Notes: generated from the sequence alone by a model not told the origin. Shown: positions 1 through 9,030, counted from the first letter of the stretch. The stretch is 49,086 nucleotides of DNA from Candidatus Aegiribacteria sp. (GCA_030638185.1 DAOWFD010000382.1:1-49086), one strand, 5' to 3'. Numbers and translations are program-made.

Positions 1-381
1 CCCGATTATCCCGGAACCGCCATGGAATCCATCAGGGAGATGTACAGGCAGGTGGGAACACTCCTGACCGATTCGTCGGGAACGGCTGTACGGGGGCTGA
101 TAGTACGTCTCCTTGTGCTGCCCGACGGGATCGCAGGAACCGGGGATGTTCTCCGATTCATAGCGGATGAGCTTGGTAATGATGTCTTTGTTAGCCTGAT
201 GTCCCAGTATTACCCCGCCCACAACGCCCGCAGTTACCCCTCGCTCTCAAGAAAACTCATACCGGATGAATACTCTGAATTCGTGAAAGTACTTGAGGAA
301 CTTGGATTTGAAAACGGCTGGGTTCAGGATCCGGTAACCTCTCCGGACAGCTACCGCCCTGGAATCGATTTTAAACTGTAA
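1..381 (+). CDS. Radical SAM protein, PflX-like (3' part, truncated by window edge)
   Basis: Frame is open from position 1; GLIVRLLVLP..., VSLMSQYYP and GFENGWVQ are typical of the C-terminus of PflX-like radical SAM proteins. Confidence 0.8.
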   Translation, partial: PDYPGTAMESIREMYRQVGTLLTDSSGTAVRGLIVRLLVLPDGIAGTGDVLRFIADELGNDVFVSLMSQYYPAHNARSYPSLSRKLIPDEYSEFVKVLEELGFENGWVQDPVTSPDSYRPGIDFKL

Positions 382-404
382 TACAGTTCAGCTGAATGAA
401 TATG

Positions 405-1190
405 CTAATTGTTTTTCAGGAGAGTATGGATTTTCTCCGCTGCAATTTTCCCTGATAGAAGCATCCCCCCGAATACCGGTCCCATTCGATGGGCTCCCAT
501 GGCTGCATTTGCAGCCATACCGGCAACAAAGAGACCGGGCACGATTTCAATAGTGTTTTCCGCCAGAGCTCTCTCTCCCATGTCAGCATTCATGGACCTT
601 TCTCCCTCTATTCCGCCCGAAGGGGTTCTCAGTCTAAAACCTGTCTTTTCAATAACGGTGTGAAGAACCTCAAGCGGATGACCTGTGGCTTCGATCACGT
701 ATTCTGCGGAGATACACACGGGATCAACATGAAGACCGGCTATTTCAATAGGGCTGGAGGTAACCACCACTCCTGTAATCCTGTCACGGTTCACCATCAC
801 GTCTTCCACTGAGAAAAGGTTAAAAATGGACACACCTGCCCTGCAGGCCTCCGCTATAAGAGTGGCGATGGATTCAACCGAATTTGCAGTATAGTAACCG
901 GGGGAATAAAGCGATGTCCTCACTCCAAGTTCCTCGAGAATACTTTTCCCATCTTCCTGGACTACAATTACATTGAAGCCCATTCCTCCTCCCCACATGC
1001 CGCCCCCGGTGGAGAGCTTTCTGTCGAAAAGAGCCACTTTATGACCCTTAAGAGCCAGTTCCCTTGCGGCAGTCAGCCCTGCAGGCCCGCCTCCGGTAAC
1101 TGCCACATCCAGCTCAAGGTTGTCGAGCAGGCTGCTCATGTAAGTATCTACAATAGCCCTGGTTATTTCAACTTCATTTAACTTGCTCAA
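405..1190 (-). CDS. thi4: Sulfide-dependent adenosine diphosphate thiazole synthase (Thi4)
   Basis: GGGPAGL dinucleotide-binding motif, GGGMWGGG, HVDP, RMGPVFGGMLLSG; TTG start with GGAG RBS; downstream of thiE. Confidence 0.95.
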   Translation of the reverse strand: MSKLNEVEITRAIVDTYMSSLLDNLELDVAVTGGGPAGLTAARELALKGHKVALFDRKLSTGGGMWGGGMGFNVIVVQEDGKSILEELGVRTSLYSPGYYTANSVESIATLIAEACRAGVSIFNLFSVEDVMVNRDRITGVVVTSSPIEIAGLHVDPVCISAEYVIEATGHPLEVLHTVIEKTGFRLRTPSGGIEGERSMNADMGERALAENTIEIVPGLFVAGMAANAAMGAHRMGPVFGGMLLSGKIAAEKIHTLLKNN

Positions 1191-1218
1191 GGAAATCTCC
1201 GTTCTGAATTGTAATGTC

Positions 1219-1860
1219 TCATGTTCGGCCAGGTTTGCTCCGTCCCTTCAGAAGAGCCCTGACCACATCAGGGACATCCTCTGCTGCCATTATTGCCGAC
1301 ACAACGGCGATACCGTCAGCGCCTGCCTTCCGGACGATATCCGCATTGGAAGCATTTATACCCCCTATGGCAACAAGGGGAAGCGGAGAAACTTTTTTCA
1401 GTTCAGTTACAGCTTCCGTTCCCAGAGGTTCGCCCAGATCAGTCTTGGTGTCCGTGGGAAAAATAAGGTTGGCTGCAATATAATCAGCCCCCTCTTTCCA
1501 TGCAGACTCTGCCTCCCGGGGAGATCTGGCGGATGCTCCTATAACAGGATCAGGACCAAGAATTTTCCTTGCCAGGAGAACAGGCATATCATCCTGTCCC
1601 AGGTGAACCCCGTCGGCACCGGTTGCCAATGCAACGTCAACCCTGTCATTCACGATAAACAGCGCTCTATGTCTTCTGCAGAGATTTTGCAGGATAACTG
1701 CCATCTGAATCAACTCTCGTGTGGAAGCATTCTTGTCACGGAGCTGCAGGGCACCTACTCCTGCCCCAAGGGCAAGCCTGCAGGTTTCCACTACGCCCCT
1801 GCTGCCACAGAGGAGAGGGTCGGTTACAAGATAGAGATAAAGCTGTTCAGGGTTTCTCAA
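1219..1860 (-). CDS. thiE: Thiamine-phosphate synthase
   Basis: QLRDK, IVNDRVDVA, DGVHLGQDD, VAIGGI motifs. Confidence 0.96.
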   Translation of the reverse strand: MRNPEQLYLYLVTDPLLCGSRGVVETCRLALGAGVGALQLRDKNASTRELIQMAVILQNLCRRHRALFIVNDRVDVALATGADGVHLGQDDMPVLLARKILGPDPVIGASARSPREAESAWKEGADYIAANLIFPTDTKTDLGEPLGTEAVTELKKVSPLPLVAIGGINASNADIVRKAGADGIAVVSAIMAAEDVPDVVRALLKGRSKPGRT

Positions 1861-2660
1861 AAAATTTCCGCTCTGATGTGGCTTTCGATAATTTTGCGGT
1901 TCAGATCTGATAGAGCGTCAAGAAAACAGGGAACAAAGGTACCGGGGCCGGCGCATACTTCCGCGGCATTCTCTCCCGCAATGCCGATGGCAACAAGTCC
2001 ACCCAGTGCCGCATGGAATGGATCTTCCATCGCTGCTGCGAAACAGGCTACGGAAGTTGAGGCGGAGCAGCCGGTACCCGTAACCCTTCCCATCAAGGAA
2101 TGACCGTTCTCTATCCTTGCAGTCCGATTTCCATCGGTAACTATATCAGAGATACCAGTAACTGCAATCACACTGCCCGATTCCGCGGCAAACGAAAGAA
2201 TCAGATCAATATGGTCCTCAACTGAATCCATAGAATCTACTCCGCGGACTTTTCCTTCCGCGCCCGAAAGAGCAAGAATCTCTCCGGCATTTCCCCGGAT
2301 AACAGCGATCTCAAGTTCTCTGATTATCAACTTTGCGGAATCGGTTCTGAGTCCGGTAGCACCTGCTCCAACAGGATCGAAGATTATGGGTATTCCAAGT
2401 TCGTTTGCCACTTTTCCCGCCGCCAGCATGCTCCTGACAAGGCCGAGGTCCAGAGTTCCGATATTCAGAAGCAATGCCCCCGCGAATCGCACCATCTCGG
2501 GGGATTCCTTTATACAAGGTGCCATTACGGGAGCCGCACCCAGGCACAGCGTAACATTCGCAGTAAAATTCATCACTACGGTATTCGTTATATGATGAAT
2601 CATGGGCCTGCTGCTTCTGATGGAATCCAGGCCCTGGCAGGTTATCTCTGCGGGTTTCAT
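1857..2660 (-). CDS. thiM: Hydroxyethylthiazole kinase
   Basis: HHITNTVVMNFTAN, NIGTL, DPVGAGAT, IRGNAGEI, VTGTGC motifs; ATGA overlap with thiE. Confidence 0.96.
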   Translation of the reverse strand: MKPAEITCQGLDSIRSSRPMIHHITNTVVMNFTANVTLCLGAAPVMAPCIKESPEMVRFAGALLLNIGTLDLGLVRSMLAAGKVANELGIPIIFDPVGAGATGLRTDSAKLIIRELEIAVIRGNAGEILALSGAEGKVRGVDSMDSVEDHIDLILSFAAESGSVIAVTGISDIVTDGNRTARIENGHSLMGRVTGTGCSASTSVACFAAAMEDPFHAALGGLVAIGIAGENAAEVCAGPGTFVPCFLDALSDLNRKIIESHIRAEIF

Positions 2661-2670
2661 AAAAGCCTCC

Positions 2671-2753
2671 GGATTTTCTTACGCCGGTATTACCCGGGTC
2701 AAGTTCCAGGAGTTGTATTCTCAGACCCGGAATCTCCGGGCCACCCCCAATCC
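2671..2753 (-). ncRNA. TPP riboswitch (thi-box)
   Basis: Minus strand reads GGATTGGGGGTGGCCCGGAGATTCCGGGTCTGAGAATACAACTCCTGGAACTTGACCCGGGTAATACCGGCGTAAGAAAATCC: CTGAGA and GGGTAATACC-GCG hallmarks, P1 GGATT/AATCC; directly upstream of the thiM RBS (GGAGG, 2670-2666). Confidence 0.93.
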
Positions 2754-2855
2754 ATCCCCAAAGCTATGAACGATGAATTTCATCGTCAAACATGAAGGCT
2801 TGTTCAATCCTTCCCGTATGGTTATTTCAGGCAGATACAAAGGGTACCGCTAAAC

Positions 2856-5342
2856 ATGAGAAAGGCAAATACAATGACAATAGTTATCATGCTTGTTTCC
2901 GCAGCACTCACCTCCGGGCTGCAGCCCGGAGACCCCTGGCCATCTGAAGCGGATTCCGCTATGGCACTCGCCATGGACACGCTGAACCTTACCAGGGAAC
3001 AGCTGGATTTCGACAGACACTGGGCAACCGGGGTTCACCTCGCTGATTCTACGGTATTAAGGGCCATTCAGCATGTAGAGGAAATTCCTGTAATTCTTAA
3101 AGAGTATCTTGACATGTTAACCGATTACAGGCTTTCAGAATCGGATGAAACAGGCAGGGAAGGACTTCCTGTGATCATCGATCTGCTTCAGGAAGCCGAT
3201 TCAATGGTACAGCAGGGGATGGATAATCTGGGACGGGACACAGTGGATTCACTGATAGCTGTAATCCCCGCGCTCTGGCTGAACGAGAACGACCCTCTTG
3301 ACTGGGATTCGTTTATCGAGAGCTGGAACATAGAACCCTTTCCCGATGGTGATATGGAGATGGATACGCTTGCCTCTCTATTTGAGAGGTGCCATTTTGA
3401 AGTAAGTATTCCACTCGATGAACTCGTAATTGCTTCAAGAAGCCTTCAGGGAGCACAATGGCCGGCGGAACTGTCCGTTACCCTTCCCGGTGTTTACGGA
3501 ACTACAGCATCGTTCTGTTTCGATGGTCCGGTCAGATGGGTCATTGGAGGAGAAGGAGATAACGTATACACGAAGGATTGCCCGTTTGAGCTGATCATCG
3601 ATACGGGCGGAAACGATTTCTACGGAGACGGCATAGGGGGAGCCGCAGGGCCTGCCGGAAAAAGAATATCAGTTGTAATAGACCTGTATGGAAACGATAC
3701 CTATTCAAGCACTTCCCCGGTCAGTCAGGGATGCGGTCTTATGGGGCTGGGGGGAGTGATTGACCTTGAAGGGAATGATTCCTACAGGGCAGAGGACTTC
3801 TCACAGGGGGCAGGATTGATGGGCTTCGGCTTTCTTATTGACCTTCAGGGCGAAGATTATTTCAGGGGCGGCACATTCAGCCAGGGAGCCGGCTGCCTTG
3901 GAATGGGAATTCTGTATGACGGTTCCGGCGATGATTTCAGACAGGTTGACATGTTCGGACAGGGCTTCGGAGGGCCCTCCGGCAGGGGAATCCTTGTTGA
4001 TATGGATGGAAGCGACTGCTCTCTGGCCGGTTTCAGATACTCCCATGAACCTCTGTTGCCGGATGACAACCAGGCCATGTCACAGGGCTTCGGAATGGGG
4101 CTGAGACCCCTGATAGCCGGGGGCATCGGGCTCATGGCGGACTATGGCGAAGGTAACGATACCTACAGGGCTGAAGTATTCGGCCAGGGATGCTCATACT
4201 TTTACAGCCTTGGAATGCTGTATGACCAGGGGGGACAGGATACCTACCAGGCAACCCAGTACAGCCAGGGATCCGGGATTCATCTTGCATCCGGGTGCCT
4301 GTGGGACGGAGACGGTGACGACAGTTACTTCTCAAGAAACGGACCGGCCCAGGGAAGCGCCCACGATCTTTCCACCGGGTTTCTTCTGGATGGCGGGGGG
4401 AATGACTGGTACTGCTCCGATGGAGGCCAGTCCCTCTCCCTGACAAACTCCGCATCTATCTTCATCGATATCGAGGGGGATGATACCTATTGCGCAAGGG
4501 GAGGGGGACAGGGTGAAGCCCGTTGGGCAAGAGGATCATCAGGAGCGGGAGTTTTCATCGATCTGGCTGATAATGATGTCTACCTCGGCTCCGGCTCCGA
4601 TTCGACCCGATGGCTTTCCCTTGAATACGGAGTCGGTGTCGACCTTCCGAACCTGACTCCCGGTGGTCTCAACCCCCAGGATCCCATTGGCGACCCGGAA
4701 TCACTTGAACTTGATTCGCTGTTTTCCGTTGCCTCGGAATGGGGCGTGGGACCCAACAATGAAAGGGTCAACGCCCACCGCTCCGAGCTGGCATCAAGGG
4801 GTGAAGAGGCAGTCAGGTATCTGATAGAGAATCATATGGGAACACTTAGCGGGTTGGAAAGCCGGGCCATGGAAAGAGTATTCAGAGAAAATATAGATAT
4901 TTGTATGGAACTTTTACTCGAATCACTCAATACAATTGACAGCATACCGGCAAGAAACGGAGGGAATCTGATTTATTTTCTCGGAAAACTTGAAGACGAC
5001 AGAGCAAGAATTCCGCTTGAGCGGATGCTGTCCTGTCCGGACGATAGTATGTCAACAGGTCGGACAACAGGAATCGTAAAGGCCCTGGGAACAATCGGGA
5101 ATTCTGAATCACTGCCGGTCATCCTGCCGTTGGCAGGAGATTCTACAGACAGAGTAAGGCGGGAGGTTGCAGTTTCCATTGGAGAGATCTGCGATGCCAT
5201 GGCTGTTGATATCCTGAAGGAACTTGTTCAGGATCCCGCCCTTGACGTGAGGTCAGCGGCCGAACGTGCGCTACGGCTCATTGAAGAAAGCATTTCCGAG
5301 GAGGATGAGAGCAGCGTGAACGGAAACGATCAGGTTAATTGA
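2856..5342 (+). CDS. Secreted protein with about 13 Asp/Gly-rich repeats (hhDxxGxDxY...SQGxG) and C-terminal HEAT/PBS-lyase repeats
   Basis: N-terminal signal-like segment; repeats such as IIDTGGNDFY, VIDLEGNDSY, LYDQGGQDTY; VRREVAVSIG and VRSAAERAL HEAT motifs. Confidence 0.8.
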   Translation: MRKANTMTIVIMLVSAALTSGLQPGDPWPSEADSAMALAMDTLNLTREQLDFDRHWATGVHLADSTVLRAIQHVEEIPVILKEYLDMLTDYRLSESDETGREGLPVIIDLLQEADSMVQQGMDNLGRDTVDSLIAVIPALWLNENDPLDWDSFIESWNIEPFPDGDMEMDTLASLFERCHFEVSIPLDELVIASRSLQGAQWPAELSVTLPGVYGTTASFCFDGPVRWVIGGEGDNVYTKDCPFELIIDTGGNDFYGDGIGGAAGPAGKRISVVIDLYGNDTYSSTSPVSQGCGLMGLGGVIDLEGNDSYRAEDFSQGAGLMGFGFLIDLQGEDYFRGGTFSQGAGCLGMGILYDGSGDDFRQVDMFGQGFGGPSGRGILVDMDGSDCSLAGFRYSHEPLLPDDNQAMSQGFGMGLRPLIAGGIGLMADYGEGNDTYRAEVFGQGCSYFYSLGMLYDQGGQDTYQATQYSQGSGIHLASGCLWDGDGDDSYFSRNGPAQGSAHDLSTGFLLDGGGNDWYCSDGGQSLSLTNSASIFIDIEGDDTYCARGGGQGEARWARGSSGAGVFIDLADNDVYLGSGSDSTRWLSLEYGVGVDLPNLTPGGLNPQDPIGDPESLELDSLFSVASEWGVGPNNERVNAHRSELASRGEEAVRYLIENHMGTLSGLESRAMERVFRENIDICMELLLESLNTIDSIPARNGGNLIYFLGKLEDDRARIPLERMLSCPDDSMSTGRTTGIVKALGTIGNSESLPVILPLAGDSTDRVRREVAVSIGEICDAMAVDILKELVQDPALDVRSAAERALRLIEESISEEDESSVNGNDQVN

Positions 5343-5367
5343 CATGTTACACCTGTAGATTTATCTT
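5339..5367 (+). promoter_or_regulatory. Sigma70-type promoter for the FN3 lipoprotein gene
   Basis: TTGACA (5339-5344), 17 bp spacer, TATCTT (5362-5367). Confidence 0.6.
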
Positions 5368-5422
5368 GCTGGTGTGTGTGAGAAACAGAATTGTACGTGA
5401 ACTAAAGCAGAAAGGAAAATCC

Positions 5423-6235
5423 ATGAAAAAACTTGGACTTATTGTACTTGTGGCCGGAATCGTACTGATGGCTGGCTGCGCAGGAGACGATCCGGCCGGT
5501 CCTTCAGGGACACTGCCAGCTGTTACGGGGCTTGCAATAGGAACATCTTCCGCGGGAAGGAATGTTGACCTTTCCTGGAACGCTGTGGATGACGTTGACG
5601 GCTACAAGATATACTTCCGTGCCAGTTCAACCGGCGCCTGGACGGATAGTGTTGATGTAACAAGCGGGACCAGCGGCCAACACGCAAATGCTACATCAGC
5701 TGGTTATTACACCGTAAAAGCTTACGAGGGAAATAACTACTCCGAAAACAACTCCAATATAGTTAATACGTTACCCACCGATGTCTCAACAACTTACACC
5801 ATCTATGACAATTACAGCGCTGTCGGTCAGCCCAGCGGCTTCATCTTCGGTACAACTGCCGGTCAGACCGGTTCGGCCTCCAGCGGTTCATTCGAACAGG
5901 ACATCTACGCCTTCGATGAGGATGCACCCATTCTCGGTGACTTAACCGTAAGGCTTTACACGGGCGACAAGGCCCCCTTCGGTACCGGCAAAACCACCTA
6001 CATGGCAGAGCCTGATAACACCGGTTACTGCGATCTCTACCCCACCGGAACATGGCACAGTGCCTACAGCCTCAACGCAGGTGATGTAAGGGTTTTCCTC
6101 TATCTGGAGAACGGTCATTACGTGAAGATGTACAATATAGTCGTCACAGAAGATACTGAAACTGCAAACGGCACAAAGGTAAGCTTCAGCTACGAGATCC
6201 AGACAGGCGGCCTTACCCTCTTCACAAGCAACTAG
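5423..6235 (+). CDS. Lipoprotein with fibronectin type III-like domain
   Basis: ATG at 5423 after AAAGGA; MKK-hydrophobic-MAGC lipobox; LSWNAV...GYKIY...YYTVKAY FN3 pattern. Confidence 0.8.
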   Translation: MKKLGLIVLVAGIVLMAGCAGDDPAGPSGTLPAVTGLAIGTSSAGRNVDLSWNAVDDVDGYKIYFRASSTGAWTDSVDVTSGTSGQHANATSAGYYTVKAYEGNNYSENNSNIVNTLPTDVSTTYTIYDNYSAVGQPSGFIFGTTAGQTGSASSGSFEQDIYAFDEDAPILGDLTVRLYTGDKAPFGTGKTTYMAEPDNTGYCDLYPTGTWHSAYSLNAGDVRVFLYLENGHYVKMYNIVVTEDTETANGTKVSFSYEIQTGGLTLFTSN

Positions 6236-6260
6236 AAGAGGTTTCGAGGGACAATAATAA

Positions 6261-6287
6261 GGGGGGAGCCTAATGCTCCCCTCTTTT
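6261..6287 (+). terminator. Intrinsic terminator
   Basis: GGGGGGAGC-CTAAT-GCTCCCCTC followed by TTTT, after the stop at 6235. Confidence 0.75.
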
Positions 6288-6305
6288 CAATATGGAGGAT
6301 AGAAT

Positions 6306-7094
6306 ATGTACCGTTCATTTGTTGGCTCACCGGTGGTCCTTTTGCTCGCCTGCATGTTCGCCGGAACCGGTGTAATGGTGACGTCATTGGAGGCGAGCCT
6401 GCCTGACGGTCTCGGTGACATCTTCGAAGGGATCAGTAATCAGTACAGCGGATCCTGGGGGATCGGAGTGATGGAGCTGAACACGGGGGAATCGGAAACT
6501 TTGGACGGGAATCAACAATTCCATATGGAATCGCCCCACCTTCCCATGACCGCATGCGGCATTGAGATATCCAATGCGGGAGTGTTGCCTCTTGATTCCC
6601 TCATAGCAAGAAACGAGCAGTTCTGGGAGAAGCTTCACTGGTCCCAGCAGGGAGGACGCGGCACCTGCCAGGCCGTGTTGTACGTTATGGGCGAGCAACT
6701 GATTAACGATTGGATCGAACAGGGAGGATATACCGGCACAGTTGTAAAAGGTGTGCAGCTCTTCTTTCCCGATTGTCCACAGGTGGACCCGAACTATATA
6801 ACCGCAAGGGACGGTCTTGAATTCCTGAGGATCATCTACGATAATTTTGACAGGCCCTACGTAGCAGGCATAGGGACCAACCCGCCCCTGTCCAACCACA
6901 ACAGGGAAACTCTGAAACTGGGAAATGACATCTACGGATGGATCGATGATACAGGGGAGTGGCGCCATCTGTTCATTATCATTGACAGACCCCAGGGCTC
7001 CGACTTCGGGATTGTTGTTCTGGCCGAAGGGATTGATGACCCGCAGGACGTGGACAGCGGATTCAGGACCATCTGCGAGGCCCTGACAGACTGA
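6306..7094 (+). CDS. Class A beta-lactamase/serine hydrolase-fold protein with degenerate catalytic motifs
   Basis: GIGVMELNTGE...GNQQFHMES and NYITARD match the class A scaffold by eye; SxxK, SDN and KTG are not intact. Confidence 0.65.
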   Translation: MYRSFVGSPVVLLLACMFAGTGVMVTSLEASLPDGLGDIFEGISNQYSGSWGIGVMELNTGESETLDGNQQFHMESPHLPMTACGIEISNAGVLPLDSLIARNEQFWEKLHWSQQGGRGTCQAVLYVMGEQLINDWIEQGGYTGTVVKGVQLFFPDCPQVDPNYITARDGLEFLRIIYDNFDRPYVAGIGTNPPLSNHNRETLKLGNDIYGWIDDTGEWRHLFIIIDRPQGSDFGIVVLAEGIDDPQDVDSGFRTICEALTD

Positions 7095-7146
7095 CCCTGA
7101 AGCCGGATAGATGGAATTGATATTTGTCCCTTTTAAAAGAGGAAAC

Positions 7147-7515
7147 ATGAAAACGGTTCTGATGTTAGCTGTATTCCTTTTGGTTGGCTGCAGTAATCCC
7201 TGGGGACATGACCTTTCAATCACGGTTACCCATCCTCCGGCGGAGGGAGTACAGGTAGACAGGAGCTATATCATAAAATGGACACTTAGCGCGCCGGATT
7301 ATTCCAACACCGGAATACTGATTTTCGTTGACACCGACCTCAATCCGGAAACAGGTCTTATCCAGATATCCGATACCCTTTCGGTGGAGTCATCAGGTTA
7401 CCTCTGGGACTGTACCCTCTTCCCTGAAGATGATTACTATGTTAGAGTCATGCTTTTCGAGGGAAGCAACTCTGCGCATGATTACAGCGAAGGAACGGTT
7501 AGGGTTATACATTAG
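7147..7515 (+). CDS. Small lipoprotein, probable Ig-like beta-sandwich
   Basis: AGAGGA RBS, ATG at 7147, LLVGC lipobox; Y.IKW...YLWD...PEDDYYVRV pattern. Confidence 0.7.
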   Translation: MKTVLMLAVFLLVGCSNPWGHDLSITVTHPPAEGVQVDRSYIIKWTLSAPDYSNTGILIFVDTDLNPETGLIQISDTLSVESSGYLWDCTLFPEDDYYVRVMLFEGSNSAHDYSEGTVRVIH

Positions 7516-7554
7516 AAAGTAAGCTGTGAATATGAAAAGGAGTCGTTAAAGCCT

Positions 7555-8286
7555 TTGAAAGACAGGACCTCCGTTATTGTTTGTCTGGTGATTATTATTC
7601 TATTCAATACGCCGGTTACGGCGTCGATTCCATCTTTTCTCCGGAGCCTGGGGATTCACCCGATAGAGGATTCCGGAAACGAAACACAGCGAGTGATCAG
7701 TTCGATTCAGGCTCTGGAAGAATTACCTGGAATCAGATTCAGTGTCCTTATTATTGATCTTCCTTCCGGGAGCCCTGTAGCACTGTCCGGTGAAGGTGTA
7801 TTCCCATTTAACATTCCGGAAGTATTTTTTCTCGCATACGCGATAGATATGATGCGGGTAGACAGCATTACATCGGGAACGCTGCCGGAAATTGAAACCG
7901 TAGCATCGTGGATCAATAACGCCGGTATGGATGATACACATTTAGTCGGAACGGGAAGCCCTGATTCACCCGAAACCATATCTTCAAGCACGGCAGAAGA
8001 TGTCGCACGGGCCCTTCAGATAATCCATTCAGGTATGGATATGCCTTCAGTGATGGAAATACTGGAAAACCCCGACATGGGGGAAGGACAGGCGTCGTCC
8101 GTTGGAGAAGGCTGGGATCTGTACGGATGGGTTGATTCCGGAGAAAACCACAAAACGTTTGCTTTAATAGCCATATCCCCAGAAGGAAGGGAACTGGGAT
8201 TTATTCTTCTGAGTGATGATCTCTGCTGTGATGAAAAGGGTAACCTCGCAATGATGCTCCTCTGGGAAGCCGTTCAGGAGCTTTGA
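7555..8286 (+). CDS. Second degenerate beta-lactamase-fold protein (paralog of 6306-7094)
   Basis: Signal peptide; FSVLIIDLPSG...GEGVFP and SSTAEDVARAL; LYGWVD shared with IYGWID of the paralog. Confidence 0.6.
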   Translation: MKDRTSVIVCLVIIILFNTPVTASIPSFLRSLGIHPIEDSGNETQRVISSIQALEELPGIRFSVLIIDLPSGSPVALSGEGVFPFNIPEVFFLAYAIDMMRVDSITSGTLPEIETVASWINNAGMDDTHLVGTGSPDSPETISSSTAEDVARALQIIHSGMDMPSVMEILENPDMGEGQASSVGEGWDLYGWVDSGENHKTFALIAISPEGRELGFILLSDDLCCDEKGNLAMMLLWEAVQEL

Positions 8287-8315
8287 TTGACAGACCTTGC
8301 CAGTCAACATATAAT
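8287..8315 (+). promoter_or_regulatory. Perfect consensus sigma70 promoter
   Basis: TTGACA (8287-8292), 17 bp, TATAAT (8310-8315), upstream of the OMP gene. Confidence 0.85.
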
Positions 8316-8384
8316 GTATTAAACTTAATCAAAGTTATTGTTGTAAGGGTGGAATTGGCCGCTCTTAAAACGAGGAGGAGAGTA

Positions 8385-8984
8385 ATGAAAAGGGTCTTTG
8401 TACTAATATGTCTTCTTGCTTTCGCCGGTACGGCCTTTGCCGGGTTCTCAATCGGTTTCAATAGCGTAGAGGTTCCTTGGCTGATAAGCGGAACAACTGG
8501 TGATCTTGAAACTGAAGATGTGTACTTGATTCGTTTTGGTGCAAAGGCATCACCAGAATTCCGTATTGAGGCTTATTTGGGATATGAGAAGCAGACATAT
8601 GAACTCGATCCTCAGCCCGCGGTACCTGTTGAATCAACCGGTTCAGGTACTGTTTTCGGCGGTGGAGGATACTATGTAATAGCAGATCCCGCAAACACAA
8701 GCTTCAGTATCGGTGTCAGATTCCTTTATGCCGCAACCAAGATTGAGCAAGGAACTACCGATTATGAAACTACTTCCTATGCCATTGATCCTCTCATGAG
8801 AATCGACTTTGCTATTCCAGGCGCTGAACAACTGGCTCTCTTTACAGAATATGGATTCCGTTACGCTAAGGCAACAATGAAAACTACTGTTGGTGGAACA
8901 GCTAGCGCCGTCGATGATGTATGGTCCGGGCTTGCTACATACGCACCACCGAATATTCTGGCAGGCGCTTACTACATATTCTAG
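8385..8984 (+). CDS. Outer membrane beta-barrel protein (8-stranded type, probable)
   Basis: GAGGAGGAG RBS, ATG at 8385, signal peptide ending AFA, alternating amphipathic strands, C-terminal YYIF (BAM-type Phe signal). Confidence 0.8.
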   Translation: MKRVFVLICLLAFAGTAFAGFSIGFNSVEVPWLISGTTGDLETEDVYLIRFGAKASPEFRIEAYLGYEKQTYELDPQPAVPVESTGSGTVFGGGGYYVIADPANTSFSIGVRFLYAATKIEQGTTDYETTSYAIDPLMRIDFAIPGAEQLALFTEYGFRYAKATMKTTVGGTASAVDDVWSGLATYAPPNILAGAYYIF

Positions 8985-9003
8985 CAAATAGATGTACTGT
9001 ATC

Positions 9004-9030
9004 GGGGCACGCATAATGCGTGCCCCTTTT
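9004..9030 (+). terminator. Intrinsic terminator
   Basis: GGGGCACGCA-TAA-TGCGTGCCCC followed by TTTTGTTTTT. Confidence 0.9.

Noticed and set aside
1183..2103. 306-aa plus-strand ORF
   Set aside because: Antisense shadow of thiE/thiM with no recognisable motifs
6384..7223. 279-aa minus-strand ORF
   Set aside because: Antisense to better-supported exported-protein genes that have RBSs and signal peptides
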